Positions 39,216 to 49,286 of a stretch of 63,971 nt of DNA are shown here, piece by piece. The DNA lies in IMG/VR virus record IMGVR_UViG_3300032225_001614, positions 1-63,971 of that record; one strand, given 5' to 3'. The notes beneath the pieces are model-generated. The model saw nothing but the letters and a program-made list of their open reading frames with translations. It did no database searches and was not told the origin of the DNA. Numbering within the stretch: position 1 is the first letter of the stretch; the number at the start of each line of letters is the position of its first letter. The DNA is from a virus (taxonomy: Duplodnaviria > Caudoviricetes). The position numbers were made by a program, and so were the translations under genes.

Positions 39216-39743
39216 ATGTCAATACCAGCAGAAGTAGTTTCAGTAGCTAAAATAGCAGAATATTTATGGAATGATTCTATACCTAAAGAGAAAGGTTTTT
39301 TTAATGGTACAATAGATCCAAGAAAACCTGTGCAATTGTATATGGAAAGAATCGCCTTACAATATGGTATTTCTCAAGATTTAAATGGTATTCCAGGTGT
39401 TACTAATTATGTTTATGCGCTTTGTGGGGCTAAATTACTTCTTTCAAAAGAAATATTAGCTAATGGTAGTTCAGGTGGAACAGTAATTCCTGGTGGTGGT
39501 GGTTTTGGAGTTAGGGAGTTTGGTTCATTTGCATCAGCTAATCAATATAGCATTTCATTCCCATTAGCTACTAATACTACATTGCTTTATGCATCAAGAA
39601 GTGCGAATACGGTTACAACTATATTAACTTCTGGTACTCCTGTTGACCAACAAGTAGTTTGGGATTCTGTTACTGGTACTTTAAGTTTTGATAGTGCGCT
39701 TCCGTTTTATGACAATGAATACATAAGAATTTTAGTAAAATAA
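39216..39743 (+). CDS. Putative tail structural protein
   Basis: Position; Gly-rich linker. Confidence 0.55.
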   Translation: MSIPAEVVSVAKIAEYLWNDSIPKEKGFFNGTIDPRKPVQLYMERIALQYGISQDLNGIPGVTNYVYALCGAKLLLSKEILANGSSGGTVIPGGGGFGVREFGSFASANQYSISFPLATNTTLLYASRSANTVTTILTSGTPVDQQVVWDSVTGTLSFDSALPFYDNEYIRILVK

Positions 39744-39755
39744 AAATACTTTAAA

Positions 39756-41717
39756 GTGAGCCTTCAAAATATAATTAGTGGTGCATTAAAATTAAGAAAC
39801 GAAAATGGTGTCTTAGTTGCCATTGATGGTATTGTTTCGGCAGATACTTCTGGAACAATAGGAACATCTGGTTCTAGTGGTACAAGTGGATCTAATGGTT
39901 CAAATGGTACAAGTGGAACTAGCGGAACAACAGGAACGAGTGGAACAAGTGCGACTAGTGGTACAAGTGGAAGTTCAGGTATAGATGGTACTTTTGGCAC
40001 TTCAGGCACAAGTGGCTCTTCGGCAACAAGCGGAACAACAGGCACAGGAGGTACTTCTGGTACATCGGGTACATCAGCTACAAGTGGCTCAAGTGGAACA
40101 ACAGGTACTAGCGGTTCAAGTGGAACTAGTGGGAGTTCAGGAACTAGTGGTACAACAGGCACTTCAGGTACAAGTGCAACTAGTGGGAGTTCAGGAACAA
40201 GTGGTACAAATGGAACCGGTGGAACTAGTGGAACATCTGGTTCTTCAGGATCTAGTGCTACATCAGGTACTAGTGGTTCAACAGGAACTAGTGGTACATC
40301 TGGAAGTAGCGGAACAGCAGGCACTAGTGGAACAACAGGCACTAGTGGAACAAGTGGTACAGGTGGTACATCTGGAGTTAGTGGTATAAGTGCAGGTCAA
40401 ATATATTATCTAAATCAATCTATACTTACAAATACAAACTTCGGTACTCCTACTTATAAGCAAATGTCAACTTTGACATCAGGAGCTGCTGAGCAAACAC
40501 TTGTATTTTCTGTTCCTGCAAATTCAACAGGAAATCTATGGCAAACATTTGCTACAAATAGTAATGTTCCAAATTTAACATTATTGCCTTCAGGTATATG
40601 GGGGTATAATGTAAATATTTTATCAAATGTTACTCATACCCCAGATATATCTATTTACGCACAATTGTATAAATATACAATAGGTGGTGTATCAACTTTG
40701 ATTGCAACATCAGGAGTTGTTCCATTGATAAGAAGTGCTAGTATTACATCTTATTATTTTGATGGTTTTGTGCCATCAACAACAATGAATTTAACAGATA
40801 GATTATATGTTAAATTATTTGCAAATAATAGTAGTGTAGGAGCTGATTCATTCACTTTTTATACAGAAGGTTCTGCTAATTATTCTTATATAACAACATC
40901 ATTAAATGCTCCTTCAGGAACAAGTGGTAGTAGTGGTACATCAGGAGTAAATGGAACTAGTGGTACATCAGGTTCTACAGGAACTAGTGGCTCAAGTGGG
41001 GTGAGTGGTTCTAGCGGTACAACAGGTACATCTGGAACAACAGGTACTAGTGGCTCTTCAGGAACTAGTGGAACTTCTGCTACCAATGGTACAGGTGGAA
41101 CTAGTGGAACTTCGGGTTCAACAGGAACTAGCGGAACTAGTGGCACAACAGGAACTTCAGGTTCTAGTGGCACAAGTGGCACATCTGCAACAAGTGGAAC
41201 TACAGGTACAAGTGGAACTTCTGCAACAAGTGGAAGCAGTGGAACTAGTGGCGGAACAGGAAGTTCTGGCTTAAGTGGATCCAATGGAACTTCGGGAACT
41301 AGCGGAACAACAGGAACAAGCGGTTCATCAGGAACGAGTGGTGGAACAGGAAGTTCTGGTTTGAGTGGCTCTAATGGAACTTCAGGAACTAGTGGAACAA
41401 CAGGAACAAGCGGCACATCAGGAATTGGAAATCCTGTTATATTAATATCCGTATCTGGTACACAAAATAGCGTTAATAAAACCTTTACACTAGCAAGTAT
41501 CCCAACAGGTATTACACAACAGTTTTTTATAAATGGTCAATTAATGACCTATACAAGTGATTATACATTTTCTAGCACTACATTAACCATTTCATCAGAA
41601 AGACCTGCACCAAGTGCAACAGATATATTATTATTTTATGGTTCTACTGGAAGTGGTGGAAGTGGTGGAACTACAAATATTTTACAGGTAGCATTAATTT
41701 CACAAGTTTTTGGATAA
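39756..41717 (+). CDS. Collagen-like (Gly-Thr-Ser)n fibre protein
   Basis: Two long, mostly Gly-X-Y tracts (~39850-40395, ~40915-41425) with X/Y almost only Ser/Thr, separated by a globular domain. Confidence 0.8.
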   Translation: MSLQNIISGALKLRNENGVLVAIDGIVSADTSGTIGTSGSSGTSGSNGSNGTSGTSGTTGTSGTSATSGTSGSSGIDGTFGTSGTSGSSATSGTTGTGGTSGTSGTSATSGSSGTTGTSGSSGTSGSSGTSGTTGTSGTSATSGSSGTSGTNGTGGTSGTSGSSGSSATSGTSGSTGTSGTSGSSGTAGTSGTTGTSGTSGTGGTSGVSGISAGQIYYLNQSILTNTNFGTPTYKQMSTLTSGAAEQTLVFSVPANSTGNLWQTFATNSNVPNLTLLPSGIWGYNVNILSNVTHTPDISIYAQLYKYTIGGVSTLIATSGVVPLIRSASITSYYFDGFVPSTTMNLTDRLYVKLFANNSSVGADSFTFYTEGSANYSYITTSLNAPSGTSGSSGTSGVNGTSGTSGSTGTSGSSGVSGSSGTTGTSGTTGTSGSSGTSGTSATNGTGGTSGTSGSTGTSGTSGTTGTSGSSGTSGTSATSGTTGTSGTSATSGSSGTSGGTGSSGLSGSNGTSGTSGTTGTSGSSGTSGGTGSSGLSGSNGTSGTSGTTGTSGTSGIGNPVILISVSGTQNSVNKTFTLASIPTGITQQFFINGQLMTYTSDYTFSSTTLTISSERPAPSATDILLFYGSTGSGGSGGTTNILQVALISQVFG

Positions 41718-41735
41718 AATTTAAAATATAAATTA

Positions 41736-42101
41736 ATGGCAACAAATATTGACAAGGTAGTTTTAAGCGGCTCAACAGGTGGAATGCCTATTAAAGTAGT
41801 AGCTACTGCAACAACAGGAACAACTATTCATACAACAGGAACAAGTGCATCTATTATTGATGAAGTTTGGTTATATGCTACTAATACAAGTGCAGCAACT
41901 GTAACATTAACTATTGAATATGGTTCAACTACTGCACCTGACCAAAATATTATTGTAGGTATTCCATCAAAGAGTGGCTTATCTATTTGTGTAGCAGGTT
42001 TAATATTAGCAGGTACAGGTTCGGTAGGTAGGACAATAACTGCTTTTGCAGGAACGGCAAGTGTAATAAATATTGCAGGATATATAAATCGTATTTCATA
42101 A
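41736..42101 (+). CDS. Small virion protein
   Basis: LSGSTGGMPIKV...IDEVWLYATN...AGYINRIS pattern; position in the fibre operon. Confidence 0.6.
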   Translation: MATNIDKVVLSGSTGGMPIKVVATATTGTTIHTTGTSASIIDEVWLYATNTSAATVTLTIEYGSTTAPDQNIIVGIPSKSGLSICVAGLILAGTGSVGRTITAFAGTASVINIAGYINRIS

Positions 42102-42934
42102 TGGGAAGGTTTGATATAAGAACACGAACAGGATTAATATATCCTATCATTCAAGGTTTATCTGCTGTATCTTATGATGATGATGCACAAGCATTTTTTA
42201 ATAGGGTAACTGCCGCAGGTGGAACTCTTACTTCAACTGAAAAAGATGCAGTGAATCAACTTGTTTTAGATTTAAAAGCAAACAGTATTTGGACATCAAT
42301 GTTGGCTATTTACCCAATGGTTGGTGCTAGTGCAGCATCTTGTGCGCAAAATTTAGTTAGTAGTTCTTATACAGGAACATTTAGCGGAGGTTGGACTTTT
42401 GTAAGCACAGGTATAACAGGTAATGGTACTAATACTTTTATGAATACAGGTTTAGTACCAAGTGCTGTGGTTAATCAAAATTCAAATCATTTATCTTTTT
42501 ATTCTCGTTCTAATGTTGCAGCAAGTAACATGGTGGCATTGGGTAGTTATAGTATATCAACTATTTCCTATTTCCATATGCATCCATATTACACAGGGAA
42601 TATTATTTATAATTTATTAACATCAAATACCGCCGTAGGTCCTACAAACACTAATTCTTTAGGCTTTTTCAATGGTAATAGAACATCAGCAACTAACATA
42701 TCTAACTTTAAAAATGGAACTAATTTAGGTAATGTAACTTCTCCAAGTGTTTCAGTTTCCCCAAACACTTATAACGTCTATGTAGGAGCATTAAATGAAG
42801 TAGGTTCAGCTATCCTTTATAATAATTATCAATGTGCATTTGCATCAATAGGAGCAGGATTATCAGACACACAAGCATCTAATTTTTATACAAACGTTCA
42901 AACTTTTCAAACTTCGTTAAGCAGAAATGTTTAG
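42101..42934 (+). CDS. Tail/fibre-associated beta-sandwich (lectin-like) protein
   Basis: DDAQAFF...AIYPMVG...FQTSLSRNV. Confidence 0.55.
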   Translation: MGRFDIRTRTGLIYPIIQGLSAVSYDDDAQAFFNRVTAAGGTLTSTEKDAVNQLVLDLKANSIWTSMLAIYPMVGASAASCAQNLVSSSYTGTFSGGWTFVSTGITGNGTNTFMNTGLVPSAVVNQNSNHLSFYSRSNVAASNMVALGSYSISTISYFHMHPYYTGNIIYNLLTSNTAVGPTNTNSLGFFNGNRTSATNISNFKNGTNLGNVTSPSVSVSPNTYNVYVGALNEVGSAILYNNYQCAFASIGAGLSDTQASNFYTNVQTFQTSLSRNV

Positions 42935-42954
42935 GAATTTAAAATTTATAATAT

Positions 42955-43179
42955 ATGTTAGGTTACATACTTACAGATTTACAAAAAGATAGTATTCAAG
43001 GTGTAGAATATGCACCTTATCAAGCATTTAATTGTGTACAAGACATTGATGGTATTTGGTACACTTTTCTAAGTGACGATGATAAAAGATTAATAATAGG
43101 CACAGAATGGGAATGGATATTAGGTTGTCCTCAAGGGGAATATGTACCACCATTGCCACCACCTTTCCCACCACAATAA
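42955..43179 (+). CDS. Small protein, possible fibre assembly chaperone
   Basis: FNCVQDIDGIW motif and Pro-rich tail. Confidence 0.5.
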   Translation: MLGYILTDLQKDSIQGVEYAPYQAFNCVQDIDGIWYTFLSDDDKRLIIGTEWEWILGCPQGEYVPPLPPPFPPQ

Positions 43180-43204
43180 ATAAATTTTAAATCAAAACTT
43201 TAAA

Positions 43205-44974
43205 ATGATAACAAGATTAGGAACATATTCAGAGATAAAAGGAAGTAGTATTAAAATTCCTTGTGTGGTTGCTACAACAGGAGCAATTACTCTTAGTGGT
43301 ACACAAACCATTGATGGTATAGCTGTAATTGTAGGAGATAGAGTTTTGGTTAATAATCAAGGTACGGCATCTACTAATGGTATATATGTTGTATCAGCTT
43401 CTACATGGTCAAGAGCTATTGATATGTCTTTAGATGATGATGTTTATACAGGATTACAAATCTATATAACATCTGGAACTGCTAATGGTGGAAAGTTTTT
43501 TGCATTAACAACAGCTAACCCAATAACTCTTGATACAACATCTCTTTCTTTTGCTATTAGTGCTGCCCCTAGTTCAAGTATATCAGGTACACTTAATTAT
43601 GTTGCTAAATTTACAGGTAGTGGAACAACAATAGGTAATAGTAATTTAATAAATGACGCTTCAGGCAATTTAGGATTAGGAGTTACACCTAGTCCGTGGG
43701 GAAGTTTATATAAAGCCATACAAATTTCTGCGGGTGCATCATTTTACGGAATAAATTCTGATTCTAGATATGCCGTAATGGGTGCTAATACATATAACAA
43801 TAACACTAATGATATTTACATCGGAAGTGGTGCAGCATCTTTATATGTACAAGGTATTGGTGCGCATCAATGGTTTACCGCTACTTCAGGAACAGCAGGT
43901 AACGCTATATCCTTTACCCAAGCAATGACTTTAACGGCTAGTGGTAACTTAGGTATAGGAACAACAAGTCCTACATTCCAATTAGACGTACTAGGAAGTA
44001 TTCCCTTAAGAGTTGTAAGTAACTCAAATGCATCTAGTGCTACTTATGGTGCTTCGCAAATTTTTAGACAATCAAATACAATAGGAAATGGAGTTGGTAT
44101 TGCGTTAGGAATGTGGAATTCATCAAATTCAAATACAGAAACTGCTTATATAGGTACAATAATCACAACAAATACACTAGGTGCAGAGCGTGGGGATTTA
44201 GTTTTTTACACAACAAATAATGGAAGCGCAAGAAATGAGGGATTTAGATTAAATAGTAGTGGTAATGTATTAATAGGAACTACTACTGATGCAGGTTACA
44301 AATTAGATGTAAATGGTACAGGAAGGTTTAGTGATGCATTAGACGTTACAGGCATAATCACAGCTAATGCCAATGTTTCAGGACAATCTGCTCTTATATT
44401 AAATAGAACGACAAATACTAATAATGGGTATTTAATGTGGAAAACAGGTGCAACATATGATTGGTTATTATCACAATCACCTTTGGCTGCTGCTACATCT
44501 GATTTAACACTATATTCTTACGGCACATCTAGCATAGTTTTAACTATAGCAAGAGCCACAGGAGCAGCTACATTCTCTAATACAATAGGAATTAACGGAG
44601 TAGCTGATAATATTAAGAGTGGAACATATACACCAACTGCGGGAGATTTTACAAACATAAGTTCAGCAACTGTTTATACAGCTCAATACACAAGAGTAGG
44701 AAATGTCGTAACTGTTAGTGGAAAAGTTGAACCTGTAACAACAACAGCTTCCACACTTTCTTATTTTACATTATCGTTACCTACTACTATGCCTAATTTT
44801 AACGCAGAAGAACAAGCAGCAGGAAGTGGAATGATTAAAAACAATGTTACAAATGATGTTAATGCTGTTGTTTATGCAGGGGTAGGAAGTACCAAGGTTC
44901 AATTTCAATTTACTCCATTAGTGTTAGCAGGTTCTCGTCCTATATTTTACCAATTCACTTATTTAATAAGATAA
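43205..44974 (+). CDS. Tail fibre protein
   Basis: ITLSGTQTIDG...GDRVLV...NGIYVV N-terminus; GNLGIGTTSP, GNVLIGTTTD and YKLDVNG repeats; YTRVGNVVTV C-terminus. Confidence 0.85.
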   Translation: MITRLGTYSEIKGSSIKIPCVVATTGAITLSGTQTIDGIAVIVGDRVLVNNQGTASTNGIYVVSASTWSRAIDMSLDDDVYTGLQIYITSGTANGGKFFALTTANPITLDTTSLSFAISAAPSSSISGTLNYVAKFTGSGTTIGNSNLINDASGNLGLGVTPSPWGSLYKAIQISAGASFYGINSDSRYAVMGANTYNNNTNDIYIGSGAASLYVQGIGAHQWFTATSGTAGNAISFTQAMTLTASGNLGIGTTSPTFQLDVLGSIPLRVVSNSNASSATYGASQIFRQSNTIGNGVGIALGMWNSSNSNTETAYIGTIITTNTLGAERGDLVFYTTNNGSARNEGFRLNSSGNVLIGTTTDAGYKLDVNGTGRFSDALDVTGIITANANVSGQSALILNRTTNTNNGYLMWKTGATYDWLLSQSPLAAATSDLTLYSYGTSSIVLTIARATGAATFSNTIGINGVADNIKSGTYTPTAGDFTNISSATVYTAQYTRVGNVVTVSGKVEPVTTTASTLSYFTLSLPTTMPNFNAEEQAAGSGMIKNNVTNDVNAVVYAGVGSTKVQFQFTPLVLAGSRPIFYQFTYLIR

Positions 44975-44985
44975 AATAAACAAAT

Positions 44986-45330
44986 ATGAAAACAATTCAA
45001 CCAGTAACTTCTTGGGCAAATGGACAATCAACAGAAGCAAAAATTTTAAATGCGTATGTTATCAATGATAACTTAATAAGTTCAGCAACATTTTATTATG
45101 CTTTGCTTTCTGAAAATGCAGATGGAACAGTAGGTTCAGGAGTGGCACAAGGAAACCTAACTATGACAGGAGAAGCGTATAGTGCTTATGGAACAAATCC
45201 GTTTGCGTGGGATTGGGTTGCGAATCAACTTCATTTAACAATCATAGGAGATTATGTGCCACCAACTACAACAACCACAACAACTGAAACTCCAGTAGAA
45301 ACAACAACTACCACCACTTTGCCTATTTAA
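44986..45330 (+). CDS. Fibre-associated protein with C-terminal poly-Thr tail
   Basis: Ends VPPTTTTTTTETPVETTTTTTLPI. Confidence 0.65.
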   Translation: MKTIQPVTSWANGQSTEAKILNAYVINDNLISSATFYYALLSENADGTVGSGVAQGNLTMTGEAYSAYGTNPFAWDWVANQLHLTIIGDYVPPTTTTTTTETPVETTTTTTLPI

Positions 45331-45378
45331 TTTTTTTAATTTAATTAAATAATCTATTTTTGTAGAAACAAATTAATT

Positions 45379-45555
45379 ATGAATCAAGAACAAAAACAAC
45401 TACCGGTACCACCATTAACTCAAGAGCAAGTTCAAGTATTAATGAATTATGCTAATGAGCAATTACCAACTAAATATGGTAAAGAAATTCTATTGTTTAT
45501 TGAAAAAGTAGCAATAGAAATTGAAGGTAAAAAAGAAGATATACAAGAAGCTTAG
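45379..45555 (+). CDS. Small hypothetical protein (58 aa, not in ORF track)
   Basis: MNQEQKQLPVPPLTQEQVQVLMNYANEQLPTKYG...; TATTTTTG element at 45355. Confidence 0.6.
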   Translation: MNQEQKQLPVPPLTQEQVQVLMNYANEQLPTKYGKEILLFIEKVAIEIEGKKEDIQEA

Positions 45556-45569
45556 TAAATGAAAAATCC

Positions 45570-45608
45570 AAAAAAAAAGAGCAGGCTAATAACCTGCTTT
45601 TTTTATTT
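45570..45608. terminator. Bidirectional terminator between convergent operons
   Basis: A-run, AGCAGG-CTAATAA-CCTGCT stem-loop, T-run. Confidence 0.75.
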
Positions 45609-47592
45609 GTTCTATAACCATACTAGCTGGTATTGACCTCTGACATTCAAAGTCTTTATTTCTAGGACACCATAACCAATGTGGATCTAATTTAATATTT
45701 GGATCATTCCAACAGCCATTGCATACATCAGGTTTGGTTACTCTATAACAATCAAATTCATGGTCTGATTCAGTAAAGTTGGCAATCATAACTACCTTTT
45801 GATTTAATGCCCAAGCTAACCAAGATAAGCCTGAAGATAAACCTATAAAAAACTCTCCACTAGATATTACTCTCATAGTAAATTCAATAGATGTATCATA
45901 TATTTTAGTGCAATTATCAAATAGATTATCTTCTTTTGAAACATTAATTACATCATATCCTAATGAGCACAGATAATTGATAACTTCTTGCCATCCACTA
46001 CGATTCCAAAACTTACATTCCATTGTTGAATTAGTCGCAATGGTTACATACTTTTTATCAGATGCTACTCCATTATGTTTTTTTAGCTTTGGCTTTAATT
46101 CATAATAATCCAATCCAAGTATATTAGTAGCAGCTTGCTGAAGTGGTATTGTATTACATAGTACAGGTTCTTTATTACTATCCCACTTCCATCCAATCCT
46201 ATATAAAGCATAACAATTAACAACAACACCTGGCTCAACCATTTCTAATTCTGGATAGTCTAATATGTGATTCCAAAACGTAGATACTACAACCTTGCAA
46301 TTATGCTTTTTTTGAAACTCTAATGCGTATGGAATCCATGCAATTGTATCGCCTAATGATTTGCTATCAATTACTATGAAAACTGTCTTATTTGCCAGAT
46401 TTAAAGTGTATTTATAAATCAAATGTCCATCTTGCCAAACCTTTGCAGTCCACTTTGTATAATATTGCCTATCTAATCGTACCCAAGAATTACTTTTAAT
46501 AGTGGCATCATAATGGCATTTACCTTGTTCGTCATAGAATTTAACTAAAAAATTACTATCTGATATACCCTTTATCTCAAGGAATGGTTGGTCAACAAAG
46601 TGCTGATTGATTTTTACTTCCTGTTTTTGAGCAGGATATTCTAATATCTTTTTATAGGCTTCTTCATGTCTTAATGCAAAAATAAATGGGGTGTAATCAG
46701 TAGGTACTTTGTAATTACATTGTACGCTATTTAAATCTGAATCAATAGGATTGATGAATCCATCATACATTCCGCCATACTGCGGAAGATTCCGCGCGAC
46801 AATTGGAAGTCCATAACCAATCGCTTCTCTCAAAACTAAAGGGTTGCATTCCCATGTAGAATTAAACATAAAAATATCAGCCTTTCCCATCCAAGCATCT
46901 ATATCATTTCTTTCGCCCCAAACTTTTACATTAGGTGGTAAGTCTTTCATTAGCGGTTCCCAATAGTCCTTGAAGTTACCTGCTTGGTTACCAATAAAAT
47001 TAAAATCCATATCAGGATATTTACGAGCAATCTCGATTCCTTCACCTTGATTTTTACCTTTAGTCCATAAGCCAACATTAAGAACTTGTTTTCTACCTTC
47101 TATTTTATGCGATTCCTTTTTTTCTATGGGATACAGTATTGTTACAAATTTAGAATCCATATCAGCAAATGTTTGCTCATGGTATGGAGTGCAAAATGAA
47201 TATAAGTCTGGGTGAAATAACTTTTCATTATTTGGATCAAACATAATATCATGGCAAGTTTCTACAATCCTGTATTTCCTAGTAGGATTATATAGTTTCT
47301 TTATCATTTCCCTATTCAATCTTTCGGATGGCTCGTCTATATGAATAATGTCTGGTTGCCATTCTTCAATAACTTTAAATAACCCCATCTTATCCTCATA
47401 TAAGGTAGTAAAGTTTTCTCCTAGTAAACCCTTAATTGCATTGCGTTGAACTACAAAATCTAAACTATGGCATTGATATTCCATAACATAATATTCATTA
47501 TCAGTATATTCTTTAAGGCTCTGTATTCTTTTAAGTACAAATTGGGGCATTCCGCCAGTTGACGCATGTGGCATCAAATATAATATCCTCAT
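45586..47592 (-). CDS. Fusion of a GT4-like glycosyltransferase and a TibC/Aah-like (autotransporter O-heptosyltransferase) domain
   Basis: STGGMPQ and ECNPLVLREA (GT4 EX7E); SLGDTIAW, FFIGLSSGLSWLAWAL and CNGC...C...C iron finger. Confidence 0.85.
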   Translation of the reverse strand: MRILYLMPHASTGGMPQFVLKRIQSLKEYTDNEYYVMEYQCHSLDFVVQRNAIKGLLGENFTTLYEDKMGLFKVIEEWQPDIIHIDEPSERLNREMIKKLYNPTRKYRIVETCHDIMFDPNNEKLFHPDLYSFCTPYHEQTFADMDSKFVTILYPIEKKESHKIEGRKQVLNVGLWTKGKNQGEGIEIARKYPDMDFNFIGNQAGNFKDYWEPLMKDLPPNVKVWGERNDIDAWMGKADIFMFNSTWECNPLVLREAIGYGLPIVARNLPQYGGMYDGFINPIDSDLNSVQCNYKVPTDYTPFIFALRHEEAYKKILEYPAQKQEVKINQHFVDQPFLEIKGISDSNFLVKFYDEQGKCHYDATIKSNSWVRLDRQYYTKWTAKVWQDGHLIYKYTLNLANKTVFIVIDSKSLGDTIAWIPYALEFQKKHNCKVVVSTFWNHILDYPELEMVEPGVVVNCYALYRIGWKWDSNKEPVLCNTIPLQQAATNILGLDYYELKPKLKKHNGVASDKKYVTIATNSTMECKFWNRSGWQEVINYLCSLGYDVINVSKEDNLFDNCTKIYDTSIEFTMRVISSGEFFIGLSSGLSWLAWALNQKVVMIANFTESDHEFDCYRVTKPDVCNGCWNDPNIKLDPHWLWCPRNKDFECQRSIPASMVIEQIKKAGY

Positions 47593-48965
47593 ACGTTAAA
47601 TTTATTTAATTTATTTACATCCTTTTCTCCATGGTAGAATAAATGGTTTTTCTCTAATGGAACTCTTACCCATTCTTTAAGAAAATATTCATGGTTTTTA
47701 TATTCTAAATTATTATGTAGTCCATTGATGTAGCAATATGGTAATCCATTATATGCTTTGTAGTCGTAGAGAATTGTTTGTAGAATTGTTTCTTCATTAA
47801 AACTAGCATATTTAGCATTATTTTTAAGTATAATTGGATGGTTGCATCTGTAAGACCAAAGTTCTAAAAAATCAATACATTTTTGTCCTGCAACAAAATA
47901 ACCAGTTTGTCTATATCCAGTATTATGCCTTTCCATTTGATTTGAGCCAAATAATTCACAAGCAGGGGCTTCCAACGTGCCACTTAAATCATCTTTACTA
48001 TCAGCACCACCACGACCATTAACTATTAAATATTCATAAATACCTTCAGTAAAGTAAGGATATAATGAATCATTGTCAAAGTAATCAAATATGCTATCTA
48101 TACGTTCTGTGGCTATGCTATCAGTATCAATATAAGCAACTACTTCAGCATACTTACTTAATGCATCTTTAATTATTTTAGGTCTTTCTATAAGTATCTT
48201 GTAAATCTGTTTATCCTCTCTTTTAATAAATTTGTTCCTAGTTTTTAATGGTCTAATATCACATTCCCAATATATAATTTCTATGTTTTCAATGTCTATA
48301 TCAACATCAGGATCAACAAAGGCTGAATCTTTTGGTCTTAAAATATAAAGACAAATTGGAGTTTCACTATGCTTTCTAATAGACTGGCAGCAAATAGTAG
48401 CAATATCCAAATACGATTCATCAAAATACAATACAAAAGCCTTTTTTACTTTTTGTTGTTTTCGGATATAGTAACCATAATATTCATTAGAATATAAAAG
48501 TTGTAGTTCTGGATATCTTTCTTCGATTACTTTAGGAGTTAAGTCAGGTTGTAAATGAGTTTCATAAATATTATCTTCATGTATTCCCTGTTCCATTTGA
48601 TATGGTACCGCAACAAGCATATTAATGCTCATATTATACAGGTTATTTATTAAAAGTTCAGCTTTTTCTACAGAGATATGCTCAAGAATATCACCCATAA
48701 TTATAAAACCATAATTTTCTAGGAAAGTTGAAGAAGTATTGGCAATATCTCCAATAAAGACTTCCTTATATTTAGATGTTAAATTGTACTTATCTACATA
48801 AGGCTCCCATATTTCAATGGCATTTATGTAATAACCATACGGAGATAACAAATCACTATATGTGCCTTGTCCCGGACCTACATCTAATATCGGAGATGTT
48901 TGAGATACGTTTTCCAATATCCAATCTTTGACTTCTTCTTTAAAATAATTGTATGATGTAGGCAT
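47589..48965 (-). CDS. SAM-dependent methyltransferase + GT-A glycosyltransferase fusion
   Basis: ILDVGPGQG and GDILEH; YIDTD DxD motif; FNEETI; FYHGEK. Confidence 0.8.
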   Translation of the reverse strand: MPTSYNYFKEEVKDWILENVSQTSPILDVGPGQGTYSDLLSPYGYYINAIEIWEPYVDKYNLTSKYKEVFIGDIANTSSTFLENYGFIIMGDILEHISVEKAELLINNLYNMSINMLVAVPYQMEQGIHEDNIYETHLQPDLTPKVIEERYPELQLLYSNEYYGYYIRKQQKVKKAFVLYFDESYLDIATICCQSIRKHSETPICLYILRPKDSAFVDPDVDIDIENIEIIYWECDIRPLKTRNKFIKREDKQIYKILIERPKIIKDALSKYAEVVAYIDTDSIATERIDSIFDYFDNDSLYPYFTEGIYEYLIVNGRGGADSKDDLSGTLEAPACELFGSNQMERHNTGYRQTGYFVAGQKCIDFLELWSYRCNHPIILKNNAKYASFNEETILQTILYDYKAYNGLPYCYINGLHNNLEYKNHEYFLKEWVRVPLEKNHLFYHGEKDVNKLNKFNV

Positions 48966-48966
48966 A

Positions 48967-49275
48967 TTAAATGGTTTCTAATTCAGTTTGTTTAAGTAAT
49001 TCATCCATTGAAAAGTCAATATCTTCGCAATCTTTAATCAGTTCAATCAGTTTCAATAAATTTTCTTCAGTAAAGGCAAACCTATGAGAACTAAAATATT
49101 CATAAGGTAGTTCTGCATCAGTAAGTTCTATTTCTGCCAACTGAAAAGCCAGTATCTTCTGTGGCAAAACAGTGCAAGTAAAAATTACATTATACTTATT
49201 TCCTTCTTTTACCCATTTATTAAATGGTATTTCTTTAGGTCTTTTATTGTGGTCAATGCAAATACATTCTATCAT
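48967..49275 (-). CDS. Hypothetical protein
   Basis: 102-aa ORF with CICID...RF pattern. Confidence 0.65.
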   Translation of the reverse strand: MIECICIDHNKRPKEIPFNKWVKEGNKYNVIFTCTVLPQKILAFQLAEIELTDAELPYEYFSSHRFAFTEENLLKLIELIKDCEDIDFSMDELLKQTELETI

Positions 49276-49286
49276 AGATTATTTAT

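Noticed and set aside
39764-41416. Pro/Val/Leu-rich antisense ORFs (39764-40342, 40886-41416) and frame-shifted ORFs (39985-40389, 41005-41274)
   Set aside because: Shadows of the GTS codon repeat, which lacks stops in other frames; no independent start context.
39850-41425. Possible CRISPR array or DNA tandem repeat
   Set aside because: No constant repeat with unique spacers; periodicity is at the amino-acid level with synonymous variation.
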